64,000 nucleotides of DNA, from assembly GCA_046343015.1 (NCBI GenBank), contig JBKDOL010000030.1, forward strand, positions 87,619 through 151,618, in the 5' to 3' direction. Below, in pieces: positions 37,680 to 47,340 of the stretch; within the stretch, counting starts at the first letter, position 1; each line of letters starts with the position of its first letter. Below the pieces are notes generated by a model. It worked only from the letters and a program-made list of their open reading frames with translations, was not told the DNA's origin and did not search any database. Position numbers and translations under genes: made by a program. Source of the DNA: Planctomycetota bacterium. Its GTDB lineage: Bacteria; Planctomycetota; Planctomycetia; Pirellulales; Pirellulaceae.

Positions 37680-39959
37680 CTAGAACGGAACGTTGCTTTC
37701 ACCCTCCCCCGACAAATCGTCTGCGGCCTGGCTGGAGCCACGCGTCCCCTTTCTCCCCTCGTCCCCCGACTTCTTCCGCGACGCTCGGGGTCCGTCCTTC
37801 GGCTCGCCCTTTGCTTCATCCTTCGACTTGCCGTTGCGACGGCGCGATTTGGACGCGTCCAGCTTTTTGCTGAACCGCAAATAGGCAATCATCACCTCCG
37901 GATCGAATTCCGGATGCTCTTTCATGGTGTAGTAGTACTCCGCCACGTTCGACTTGATCTCGATCAATTCCGAGACCAGCCGGAGCAATCCCCGAAGGCG
38001 CTCCCGATTCTCCGTGAGATAAGCATCCCACCACGACTTGACCCAGGAGAAAGCTGATTCGTAACCGAGTTGATCGAGGCCCTGCCGGATCCCACGGATC
38101 AAGTCTTCGTCCGACCAGTCCCTGACGTCGTCCGCCGTAAAGTGGAACGGAAACTTCAGCTGCACCGGCGGCTTTTTCCTCTGTGGTTCCCGAGTCGACC
38201 GCTTGCCGGCTCGCCGATACCGATTCGGCAAGCGCCGCTCGCGGAGGCGCTCCGTGCCGGTGATCGTTCGCGCCGCAGCCAGCACCTGGCGATATTCGGG
38301 GACCTCGTAAGAGAACTGCAGGTAAGCCTGAAATACGACCTCTCCCAACAGGAACGTCGCCGGTCGCCCAAGCAGAAAATGGCCGTACTCAGGCGAGCGA
38401 ATATCCGTGGGGGAAAGGAGCGGTAGGGTCAGGTACTGGTTGGCATGCCCGGAACCCCCCGACTGCCGCACCAACTGCTGTCCGCTGGCGCGAGAGAAGT
38501 ATTCGGCATCCTCCTGACTGCAGCCAGGCAGGACAATCTGATTGCCAAATGCTTCCAGAACCGCTGGCCCCGAGTGCGGAAACGCCTGATAGAGCGCGGC
38601 GATCGACTGGCAACCGGCAACCACGGCAATTTTGCGGGATCGGAGCGTCAACAACCGCTCAACCGAGAACACCGGTCCCAGCGAGGGGAGGTCATCGACA
38701 AAAATGGTCGCCGGCACGGCCGATTCTCCCAGTCGCTGCGCCGTTGCGATCAGCTTGTCGACAATACATCGCATCAACATCTGAACCAGTGGCAACGCCG
38801 TCTCGAGCGTCGCCTCGTCGACTTCAATCTGCAGGCAGACCGGCTGCTCAAATAATTCATCCAGCTGCAGCTCGTCGCGCGACATTACCCGTTGAATGCT
38901 CTCTTGCTGGAAAGCAACAAACGCCCCGACGATCGTGGCCTCGGTGGTGTCGGCATTCCACGAACCACCCCCGAGAAAGTCAGCCATCTTGCGGGCGTGA
39001 GCGTTGTCCAGTTGCTCCAGTCCCTGCACCATCGCCTTCCGGGATTGGCTGTAAAAGCGGAACATTTCGGGAAAATTCCGATATCCCCCCTCAAACAGCG
39101 CGAGCAATCCCGTGCGGAACATCTGAGTCCAAAACTCCGAGTCGCCGGAACGGGGATTGCGACTGGATTCAGCAAGGCGGCGAATAATGTCGGGAGCTTC
39201 GTTTTTCGAAGCCGTGCGCAGCGGATTGAAACCGACGCTGCGCCAGTCATCTGCAAAGTTCACCACCAGACACCGCTTCCCCACCCGCTCGCAAGCGGTC
39301 GCAATCGGCCCATAATCCGAGGACTTGAGCGACACTGAAATCACGGTCTGCGACCGGTCGCAGAGCGCCGAATAACGGGTCAAATCGATAAACCGGGTAT
39401 TCTTTCCGCCGCCCGATTTTCCCACGACCACCGCGTGCGTCGAGCGCTCTCGCGACTGCCAAACCAGCGATAAACCGTAATGCGGCTCGCGCTGCATGAC
39501 CGGTTGCCCCTCGATCCGCAACAGCGGCACAGTCGCCGGCAATTCCAACGAGCCGGACTCAAAGTCCTGCAAATAACGCTGGAGATCACCCAAGACCGGA
39601 TGCCTCGCCCCGGAGACATATTCAAAAGGACTTTGCGGAGGCCGGTCGGTTCCCTGGTCGGAGCGCAGCATGTCGCAACTGGTCGGGTCGTAAATCCAAC
39701 CCAAGTCCTGACTTTTGCGCGGCGAAGCCGGCAACTCGCCGCTCTGCGACTCGCTCCCCGACTCCGCCAATTCCTCGGCACTGGACCTGGGCAGCGGATC
39801 GGTTTGCCCCTTTCCATCGCCAGCCGAGTTCCGCCCGCTCCCCGCCGCCTCGTCTTTGTCCGGCGTTTGCGACCGGTCGTCACCGCGGTGATGACCAGCC
39901 TTGTCTCCCGGCCCATCATCCTCCGGGCCCTGCTCATCCCACCAACCAATTTCACTCAT
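37680..39959 (-). CDS. VirD4/TraG/TraD-type (type IV coupling protein-like) P-loop ATPase lacking transmembrane segments
   Basis: Walker A-like HAVVVGKSGGGKNTRF, Walker B-like PATIFVDDLPSLG, and KIAVVAGCQSIAALYQAF (QSxxQL signature of TraG/VirD4/TrwB). First ~150 aa are D/E/G/S-rich with no hydrophobic helix. There is an extra helical C-domain and a K/R/S/G-rich tail. Confidence 0.78.
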   Translation of the reverse strand: MSEIGWWDEQGPEDDGPGDKAGHHRGDDRSQTPDKDEAAGSGRNSAGDGKGQTDPLPRSSAEELAESGSESQSGELPASPRKSQDLGWIYDPTSCDMLRSDQGTDRPPQSPFEYVSGARHPVLGDLQRYLQDFESGSLELPATVPLLRIEGQPVMQREPHYGLSLVWQSRERSTHAVVVGKSGGGKNTRFIDLTRYSALCDRSQTVISVSLKSSDYGPIATACERVGKRCLVVNFADDWRSVGFNPLRTASKNEAPDIIRRLAESSRNPRSGDSEFWTQMFRTGLLALFEGGYRNFPEMFRFYSQSRKAMVQGLEQLDNAHARKMADFLGGGSWNADTTEATIVGAFVAFQQESIQRVMSRDELQLDELFEQPVCLQIEVDEATLETALPLVQMLMRCIVDKLIATAQRLGESAVPATIFVDDLPSLGPVFSVERLLTLRSRKIAVVAGCQSIAALYQAFPHSGPAVLEAFGNQIVLPGCSQEDAEYFSRASGQQLVRQSGGSGHANQYLTLPLLSPTDIRSPEYGHFLLGRPATFLLGEVVFQAYLQFSYEVPEYRQVLAAARTITGTERLRERRLPNRYRRAGKRSTREPQRKKPPVQLKFPFHFTADDVRDWSDEDLIRGIRQGLDQLGYESAFSWVKSWWDAYLTENRERLRGLLRLVSELIEIKSNVAEYYYTMKEHPEFDPEVMIAYLRFSKKLDASKSRRRNGKSKDEAKGEPKDGPRASRKKSGDEGRKGTRGSSQAADDLSGEGESNVPF

Positions 39960-41300
39960 GCTGTCACCCCTTCCTCAATCCAAACTCCAAACCATCCAAC
40001 CGCTATCGCGAAACCACTTCCCTATGGTCACAACACCTTCTAAACTTTGTTTTTTGGTTTTCATGCTTTTTACGCATGGTCGAGCGCGGACTGCAATCAA
40101 TCGGGATAACTGCCTATGCGTTCACTGGCCCACTCACGGCCATCAGAAAATCATTTCTCCGACTGAGCCCCCCACGCCCCGCTTTTCCGGCACAGCCAAC
40201 CAAGCCGTCGCCGAAAATCCAGCTCAGACAATCCCAACTCGAATTCCGCCAATCCCTTGCTCACTCAGACCGAGAAAGTCCCGCGGGGTTCGCGGCCACC
40301 TCACGCAGGCCCCGACCCTCAACTCGACGCCGTGCTCCCCCGCAGTCAGTCCGTGACTTTGGAAACGATCCCCTAAAACAAAACTGGTTTGGATAGTCTC
40401 TGGATCGCGGCAAAGAACTCACATCGCCACCGTCCTGCAAACTGCCCTCCCGGCTGAAAGCTTCCTCGACTCATGTTTTGATCAAGCTATCAATCAAAAG
40501 CGGGAAGTCCAGCCCCTCAGTCCGCTCCCCGGCGACAATGGCGGAGCTACCGCCGATCTCGCCTCACCGGGCTCGATCAGCTGGTTTTCCCGCACTCTTC
40601 CGAATTTTCTGGCTCATTCTTCCTTCATGCAAAAAACGCATGCTTTCGGAAAACGCTGCAAATGGCGCGTTTTAAGGCAGGGGCCGATTCGCCGCCAATG
40701 TAAGCTTTTTTTTCGGACCGCTGCGGACAATTCGCCTCGGGGGGCTGTGGAAAACCCGTTGATCGCACTGCGCTAAAATTCCGCTTGCCAATCGATGGGC
40801 CCCGAAGCCACCCTGAACGGCGCCCTGGCAATCCCATCCTGCTGAGATCCGATCTTTTCGCCTTCTGCTTCGCCTTGTGAAGAAAACGGCTCCGACTCTC
40901 GCTTGCAGGTCGCCCCACTGTCCAGCCATGGTGAAAACCACCAACCCAAAACCATAGCTTCTCTGAGTTTCTTTTCCCCCGCGATGGTCGATATTTTGGG
41001 ATAAGCGGTTCGGCAAGAGCCGCCGTCTTTGAAACAGCGCAAGAGCTCGGGGTGATAGTCTCGGTCACCTCGAGCTCTTTCCGTTCGCGAATCGCCGATC
41101 ACCTACTCGGCGACGCACTGTTTATCAGTCAGACGCTCTGTTCATCAGTCAATCGCCGGCCCACCCGCCACCGCAAAGCCAGCCCCCCCACTCTGGGCGG
41201 TAGTCCTGAAATGCGTCCAGCTGCTCACCAAGTTGCTTCTGGCAGAGTGGTTGGCCAGCCAAGTTTTCGCTTCTGGTGCGCACGGGTTACCGCTGCCGGC

Positions 41301-41972
41301 TTAACCGTGCTCTAACACCCATTGGACTGCCTGCCGATTGAGTTCAGCAGCATTCCTGACCCCCAATTTTTTCTTGATGTTCTCCCGATGCGAATCAATC
41401 GTATGCGGACTGAGGAACAACTGGTTGGCAATGGCACTGGTCGTCATGCCGGAACCGATCAAGCGAAAAATCTCCATCTCGCGATTGGTCAACAGTTCGG
41501 CTGGACTGGAACCAAATGTTCGGCGGCGGACAACTCGGGCCAGCATCCGTTGCTTCATTGCTTCACTGAGATAGCAATCGCCACGCATGACGACGCGGAT
41601 CGCTTCAATCAGTTTTTCATTTGACTCCTGCTTGTTCAAATAACCATTGGCCCCGGCCCGCACGGCGCGCTCTGCATACAGTGACTCTTCGAAACCGCTG
41701 ACTACCAACATCTTGACCTGCGGGAACTTGGCAGCGAGTTGCTCGATCAGCTCGAGGCCATGGCTGGCCTTCAAGGCAATATCGACAATCACCAGATCCG
41801 GCCGCGTCGCTTCAACCTTTTCCAGGGCCTGAACCACGTTCTCGGCTTCTCCGCAAACTTCCAGATCAGACTCTGCTGAAATCCGCAAGTTGAGTCCGTC
41901 GCGAACGATCGGGTGATCATCGACAATCAGAATCCGTAGCCTCGTTTTTAGTTCTGACATAACGTTACTCAA
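41301..41972 (-). CDS. NarL/FixJ-family response regulator (REC + LuxR-type HTH)
   Basis: LRILIVDDHPIVRDGL, DLVIVDIALK (phospho-Asp context), and HTH LTNREMEIFRLIGSGMTTSAIANQLFLSPHTIDSHRENIKKKLG. Confidence 0.93.
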   Translation of the reverse strand: MSNVMSELKTRLRILIVDDHPIVRDGLNLRISAESDLEVCGEAENVVQALEKVEATRPDLVIVDIALKASHGLELIEQLAAKFPQVKMLVVSGFEESLYAERAVRAGANGYLNKQESNEKLIEAIRVVMRGDCYLSEAMKQRMLARVVRRRTFGSSPAELLTNREMEIFRLIGSGMTTSAIANQLFLSPHTIDSHRENIKKKLGVRNAAELNRQAVQWVLEHG

Positions 41973-44763
41973 TCACTCCCCCCGGAATTCGACAGCGGAG
42001 AATCGTTCCGTTGCCTAAGCTCGAAACCAACTCCAGTTGGCCGCCCAACAAGTTTGCCCGGTAGTTCATCATCTTCAGCCCCATTCCGCGGGGGCGCCGC
42101 TCGCTCTGAAAGTCATCCTTTAACGCCCCCCTCCCCAAAATCGATTCAAGTCGCGATGTATCCGCCTCACGGCGTTCCAATCGAGAGGAACCGGTCGGCA
42201 TTCCTGCCGTAGCATTTCGCCGAACCTCCATTCCCACGCCATTGTCGCGAATCTCCAGTTCGATCCCATCGGCCAAGGACCGCAATGAGACTCGCAGATG
42301 ACTCGCCTTGCCATGCCTTAAGGCATTATTCACGGCCTCCTGAGCAATTCGATACAGATGCGTGGCGACTGAGTTGTTGGCGACCGGAACCGTAGTGGGA
42401 CAACTGAATTCACACCGAACCCCCGTCTCCTGATTCAATTGATTGATCAATTCCGCCAAGGCGGAAACCAGCCCTTCGGCGTCAATCTGGACGGGCATGA
42501 TCCCATGCGACAGGGCTCGAACCTGTCGATTCGCTTCCCCCAAGCCTAAAGATAAACGTGCGAGGGTCTGCTGAATTCGCTGCCAGTCCTGCTCGTTCAG
42601 TTGCCAGACATTCCCTTCCTGTCCAACCACCTCTTGAGCCTGCGCTAACACCTTCTCCAGCGTGGACGCATACAACCCCAAACCGGTCAATTGCTGCTGG
42701 GTCCCGTCGTGCAATTCTTGACCGATTCTTCGCTGCTCGTCAGCCGCCACCTCCAACACATGCTGCTGAAGTTCACGCAATTCGGAGATGTCGCGCATGA
42801 TCCCCGTAAAACCGTGACGGCCGTTGGCACTGACCGAGATATCGACCGGGAAGATCGTGCCATCCTTCCGCCTCGCGAAGACCTCCCGACTGCTCCCCAC
42901 GAGTCTGGCTTCGCCGGTGTCCCGATACCGTTTGAGAAAGCCGTCATGGGTGTCCTGCGAGAGCGGCGAAAGCAGCGCGACGTTCCGCCCCAACAGTTCC
43001 TCGGGGGCATAACCGAACATCTTCTCGGTCGCCGGATTCACCGAGACAATTACCCCTGAATTGTCAATCGTGACGATCGAATTGAAGGCGTTATCAAAAA
43101 TTGCCCGCAAGCGATCTTCGCGGTCCCGCAGGGCAAGCTCTGCCTGCTTTCTTTCGGTGACATCGCGGACAATCGCCACGTACTGCCGATAGTTGCCCGA
43201 ATCGTTGGTCAGCGGCGTGAGGAAGACTTCACCCAGAAATGATGAACCGTTCTTCCGGTAGTACATCAACTCAGCCCCACAGGACAGCCCTTGCTCCAGG
43301 CGGGCGATCATCTCCTCAACATTTTGATTTGTTTGTTCACCAAAGAAAATCGAGCCTGGAGCACCCAGCAACTCGTCCTGCCGATACCCGGTCATTCGAC
43401 AGAGGGCTTCATTTACGAATTCAAACCTCGGACCGTTGCCGTCAAACGGCCCACCGGCAATTGCAACTCCCTCGCCTAAATTCGAGATCGCGCGGTGCAG
43501 CAGCAGAAGTTCACGATTTTGCGCCGATACCCGTCGCTCCAAGTCGACCTGACTTTCCTTCAACCGATCCGTCAGCTCCTTGAGTTCGCTGAAGTCCTCA
43601 GCAAACACGACGACTCCCCCAACTTCCCCAGTCGGTTCCTGCCAGGGACGCAGCTCACCGCGTACCCAGATCGACTTTCCGTCTCGACAGGTCCAGCGGT
43701 CGCTGTCGAAAGTGACAACCTCCCCCGCCAAGGCCCGCTCCAGCTTGGCTCGCCATTGGAGCGGGTCTTGGGAAAAGCAGGTGTGACACAGCTCACTCTG
43801 CTTCAAACCCACGACACTTTGCTCGCCGGGAACGAAATCGGCTCGCCAGCGGTGACTGACCGCCAGATACCGAAAATCAGCATCAAACATCGCGAGTGCC
43901 ACCGGGGCGTTTTCGACAAATACTCGCAAGAGCCGCGCGCTCTCCTCTCGCAACAGTTCTGCTTGCTTCCGCTCGGTGACATCGAGATTGACACCGACAA
44001 TCCGCTCCGGCCTCCCCTGCCCATCGCGATAAAGCCGCCCGAGCCCCCAGAGCCAGCGCGTCCCCAGTTGCGGGTGCTGGATCTGATATTCCTGCCGCCA
44101 TTCATCTCGCTCGTCTGACTGGATCAGGCTCTGCAAACTTTCCTGAATTCGCTCCCGGTCAGCCGGATGCAGGCGTTCGACCCAGGCACTGACGGTCAGC
44201 GGTTCGGTCTCACTGAATCCGTACAATTGCCGATAGCCTTCCCCCGCTTCATAGTGATCGCCATCGCTGATTACCCAGCACCAGTTCATGGCCCCCGAAG
44301 AGCGGAGTGCCAATTCCAACTGCTCCTCCCTTTCCATGAGCAGTTTTCGATCGGCTTCAGCAGCCGAATCATCCAGCACAATCGCCAGCAACAGCTCCGC
44401 TGTTCCCTCCGCGCCACGCACCGTGCTACCGGTAAAGCGAACCGAGACGACGCTGCCATCTTTCCGCAAGTATCGCTTGCGAGTCTCATAATTGTGCAGC
44501 TCTCCGGCGACTAACTGGCAATATCGCTCCCGCTCCACACTCCGCTCAGCCGGATGGCACAACTCCTCAATCGCCATCCCCCGCAATTCAACTTCGCTGT
44601 AGCCGACAATTCTCTGGAACATCAGGTTGGCAAACAGCGGCCGCCGGCTGCGCGCATCGCAGAGGACCAACCCCGGTCCCGCCTGCGCGAACCATTTTTG
44701 AAAATCAGCCTGGTCGCCGATCAACGACTCCAGTTCGCGGGACGTTTCTGTTCCTTGATTCAT
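41965..44763 (-). CDS. multi-PAS sensor histidine kinase (HisKA_3 / NarX-type dimerisation domain)
   Basis: Several PAS/PAC segments, with two DVTERKQAEL junctions. H-box EQRRIGQELHDGTQQQL, N-box IAQEAVNNALRHG, and G-boxes IRDNGVGM ... GMGLKMMNYRANLLGG separated by a ~45-aa insert. 8-nt overlap with the response regulator gene. Confidence 0.9.
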   Translation of the reverse strand: MNQGTETSRELESLIGDQADFQKWFAQAGPGLVLCDARSRRPLFANLMFQRIVGYSEVELRGMAIEELCHPAERSVERERYCQLVAGELHNYETRKRYLRKDGSVVSVRFTGSTVRGAEGTAELLLAIVLDDSAAEADRKLLMEREEQLELALRSSGAMNWCWVISDGDHYEAGEGYRQLYGFSETEPLTVSAWVERLHPADRERIQESLQSLIQSDERDEWRQEYQIQHPQLGTRWLWGLGRLYRDGQGRPERIVGVNLDVTERKQAELLREESARLLRVFVENAPVALAMFDADFRYLAVSHRWRADFVPGEQSVVGLKQSELCHTCFSQDPLQWRAKLERALAGEVVTFDSDRWTCRDGKSIWVRGELRPWQEPTGEVGGVVVFAEDFSELKELTDRLKESQVDLERRVSAQNRELLLLHRAISNLGEGVAIAGGPFDGNGPRFEFVNEALCRMTGYRQDELLGAPGSIFFGEQTNQNVEEMIARLEQGLSCGAELMYYRKNGSSFLGEVFLTPLTNDSGNYRQYVAIVRDVTERKQAELALRDREDRLRAIFDNAFNSIVTIDNSGVIVSVNPATEKMFGYAPEELLGRNVALLSPLSQDTHDGFLKRYRDTGEARLVGSSREVFARRKDGTIFPVDISVSANGRHGFTGIMRDISELRELQQHVLEVAADEQRRIGQELHDGTQQQLTGLGLYASTLEKVLAQAQEVVGQEGNVWQLNEQDWQRIQQTLARLSLGLGEANRQVRALSHGIMPVQIDAEGLVSALAELINQLNQETGVRCEFSCPTTVPVANNSVATHLYRIAQEAVNNALRHGKASHLRVSLRSLADGIELEIRDNGVGMEVRRNATAGMPTGSSRLERREADTSRLESILGRGALKDDFQSERRPRGMGLKMMNYRANLLGGQLELVSSLGNGTILRCRIPGGVIE

Positions 44764-44780
44764 CCCCTCACCCTGCTTCG

Positions 44781-45608
44781 CTAAATCGTCGGAGCCATGC
44801 GGGGACCGACTCGCTTCCCGCTTTGCTCAAAGAAGGTCCGCGGATTGTCCCAGACTACTTTCTGGATTAACTGGTCTGAATGCCCCCGCCTCCTCAGTTC
44901 AAAGATGAAGTCGGGAACGGCAGTTGGCCGCGAAGGCCCCCAGTCCCCCGCCGAATTGACGCAAATCCGCTCGGGCCCATACAGCTCAACCATGTCAGCC
45001 GCCCGAGCTGGGGTGCACTTGGTCACCGGGTACAACGTCATCCCGGCCCAATACCCCCGGTCCAGCACTTCCCGAATCGTGTGCTCTTCGCAGTGGTCTA
45101 CCAGAACGCGCTGCGGAACCAGTCGCGACTCCGACTCCAGCATGTCCAGAATCATGCGAGTCCCTTGGTACTTGTCCTCGAGATGAGGCGTGTGAATCAG
45201 CACCAATTGCTGCAATCGAGCAGCCAGGTCGAGGTGCTCCAGAAAGACGATCGCCTCATTTTTGGTGTTCTTGTTCAAGCCGATTTCGCCGATTCCGAGC
45301 ACGCCGGGGCGATCGATGAACTCGGGGATCATGGCCAAGACCTCGCGCGAGAGACTGACGTTTTCGGCTTCCTTGGCGTTGATGCACAACCAGCAAAAAT
45401 GCTGAATCCCAAACAAGGCCGCCCGCCGCGGCTCGACTTCCGTCAGCTGCCGAAAATAGTCCCGAAAGCCGTCGACGCTGCCCCGGTCAAATCCAGCCCA
45501 AAAGGCCGGCTCGCTAATCGCCCGGCAACCCATCCGCGAGAGATTTTCATAATCGTCCGTGGTCCGCGAAACCATGTGCAAATGCGGATCAATAAAGTCC
45601 ATGCTCAA
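44781..45608 (-). CDS. TatD-related metal-dependent hydrolase (TIM-barrel)
   Basis: FIDPHLHM (HxH metal site), IGEIGLNKNT and LVLIHTPH. 18 bp upstream of the kinase gene on the same strand. Confidence 0.78.
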   Translation of the reverse strand: MSMDFIDPHLHMVSRTTDDYENLSRMGCRAISEPAFWAGFDRGSVDGFRDYFRQLTEVEPRRAALFGIQHFCWLCINAKEAENVSLSREVLAMIPEFIDRPGVLGIGEIGLNKNTKNEAIVFLEHLDLAARLQQLVLIHTPHLEDKYQGTRMILDMLESESRLVPQRVLVDHCEEHTIREVLDRGYWAGMTLYPVTKCTPARAADMVELYGPERICVNSAGDWGPSRPTAVPDFIFELRRRGHSDQLIQKVVWDNPRTFFEQSGKRVGPRMAPTI

Positions 45609-45688
45609 CGTGCCTCACTCTGCAAAACCAGCGACCTAACCGAACTGCGAACCGACTTCCAGCCAGACCCAAGTCCCCTCAAGACCGC

Positions 45689-45949
45689 CTAAATTCCAAA
45701 CTCGCTTCGCCATGACGAATCGTAAGGCCGGGAAAATACCAGCTGAACTTGCTCGGCGCGCGTGCCCGACTCCGGAGGCTCTGGGCTTAAGCATTCCAAC
45801 GCAGCATTTAATTGATGCCGGCGTCGATCGCCCGGCTCAGCGGAGGGACTTCGCTCAAGCCGATCCAAAATCGCCGCCAACTGCAATATCCGCGACCTGG
45901 CCTCCAGAAATTCCCGGTCAAGAACCCGGTAACTGGTTGTCTCACTCAT
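45689..45949 (-). CDS. hypothetical small protein (86 aa), first gene of the TatD/kinase/regulator operon
   Basis: MSETTSYRVLDREFLEARSRILQLAAILDRLERS... ATG 45949 has an AGGAG 9 nt upstream and is preferred over the GTG at 45970. Confidence 0.55.
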   Translation of the reverse strand: MSETTSYRVLDREFLEARSRILQLAAILDRLERSPSAEPGDRRRHQLNAALECLSPEPPESGTRAEQVQLVFSRPYDSSWRSEFGI

Positions 45950-46200
45950 GACTGTCCACTCCTGACGCACGATTTACTAGTCTCGACGAAATTCTATCCC
46001 GTTGCCCCGAGATTCCGCCTGTCGCCCTTCGCGATCAATTTCAGATCCAGCCTCACCCTTCCGACCCACCCTGTCCGCGGGGACAAAACAATTGCCGGAG
46101 AAGTTGTGGCGGCGCAAACCTGTGGTTGTCACCGCAAGGCGATTGCTTGCCCAACAGCATCACTCCACTATTTTAATGCGCGGAAGCTCGCGGTCATACG

Positions 46201-46310
46201 CCATGAGCCCAACTCCCATGAGCCCAACTCCCAGGTGCCCAACTACCAAGGGGCCCAACTACCAGGTGCCCAACTCCCAGGTGCCCAACTCCCAGGTGCC
46301 CAACTCCCAA
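46201..46310. repeat. tandem array, 7 units of 15-16 bp (ccatgagcccaactc x2, ccaggtgcccaacta, ccaaggggcccaacta, ccaggtgcccaactc x3)
   Basis: Read directly. Lies in the 700-bp divergent intergenic region between 45949 (-) and 46651 (+). Confidence 0.93.
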
Positions 46311-46650
46311 GCGCATCGCGCCCCGAAGCAAAAGTGCGCGTTCCGAATTCCTGTCCCCACTGCCGCTGAATGCCACTCGGATGCTTCCCACCCCTGGAAC
46401 CCGCAGTCACCAGCGCTGCACCTGAGGGCAGTCAGCTTTCCGATTCGGTAAAACCGTTCTTTTTGGACGCCTGTTGCCCCGCTTCCCCGCGATCAACCAC
46501 TCTTCCGGTCCAGAGCCATCCACCCAGCGAACCGAATGGGCTACAATTGGTAGATTCCCACCTCCCGCCCACTCCTGTCGCGGAACGAACGGCACGATTC
46601 GTTTCCTCGCTTTCTGAGTGGGCACCGCATCTTTCAGCATTTGACAGTTA

Positions 46651-47328
46651 ATGGCCCGAACAATTGCAATTGGCGACATTCATGGGTGCGATTTCGCGCT
46701 GGCAGCTCTGCTGACTGCTGTCGCTCCCAACCGACAGGATACCGTCATCACCTTGGGGGACTTGGTCGACCGAGGTCCGAACACCTTCGGCGTGATCGAA
46801 ATCCTCCTCGACCTGATGAATCGCTGCCAGCTGGTGCCGCTGATCGGCAACCATGAAATCATGATGTTCAGCGCGCTCGAGAACCGGCGTCAAATGGACT
46901 TCTGGCTGCAACATGGCGGCGTGGCCACCTTAGCCAGCTACGGAAACAACCCTGCCAACATCCCCGCGGCCCACCGTTCCTTTCTCGGGCACTGTCTCCG
47001 CCACCACGAGACGGAGACACACCTCTTCGTCCATGCCAACTACGACTGGCAACTGCCGCTCGAAGAACAACCTGACCAGATTCTGTTCTGGCAGCACATT
47101 TACGATGATGTTCCCCCGCCGCATGCCTCGGGGAAAACGGCGGTGATCGGTCACACCCCACAGTATGAAGGACGAGTCCGAAACCTGGGACATGCCGTCC
47201 TCATCGACACCTATTGCTACGGCAACCAGTGGCTGACCGCTCTCGACGTCGAGACCCGCCAGATATGGCAGGCGAACAATCGCGGCGAAATCCGCGAAGG
47301 CGAATTCCCCAGCCGGGAATTTCGCTAA
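46651..47328 (+). CDS. PPP-family serine/threonine phosphatase (metallophosphoesterase)
   Basis: GDIHGC, GDLVDRGP and GNHEIMM motifs in canonical order. Confidence 0.88.
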   Translation: MARTIAIGDIHGCDFALAALLTAVAPNRQDTVITLGDLVDRGPNTFGVIEILLDLMNRCQLVPLIGNHEIMMFSALENRRQMDFWLQHGGVATLASYGNNPANIPAAHRSFLGHCLRHHETETHLFVHANYDWQLPLEEQPDQILFWQHIYDDVPPPHASGKTAVIGHTPQYEGRVRNLGHAVLIDTYCYGNQWLTALDVETRQIWQANNRGEIREGEFPSREFR

Positions 47329-47340
47329 CCTCCACCCAAC

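Noticed and set aside
40272-40281. gagaaagtcc, resembling the GAGGAAAGTCC core of RNase P RNA
   Set aside because: The match is imperfect and none of the other conserved RNase P helices or motifs could be found around it.
40062-40642. Two similar mini-hairpins catgc-tttttac-gcatg (40062-40078) and catgc-aaaaaac-gcatg (40626-40642)
   Set aside because: The stems are only 5 bp, the loops differ, and chance occurrence is plausible. They are mentioned under the gene-poor region but not annotated.
41240-41254. Near sigma-54 promoter TGGCAG-agtgg-TTGG
   Set aside because: The -12 GC is replaced by GG, and there is no plus-strand gene downstream because it points into the end of the response regulator gene on the opposite strand.
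46201-46310. Possible CRISPR array
   Set aside because: The units are contiguous with no spacers and are only 15 bp long. No cas genes are present in the window.
46002-46451. 149-aa ORF translating the 15-bp array as SPTPM/VPNSQ repeats
   Set aside because: The one 16-bp unit in the array shifts the translated repeat register (SPTPM units before it, VPNSQ after it), and the flanking residues are R/P/S-rich. I treat this as a non-coding array in a divergent promoter region.
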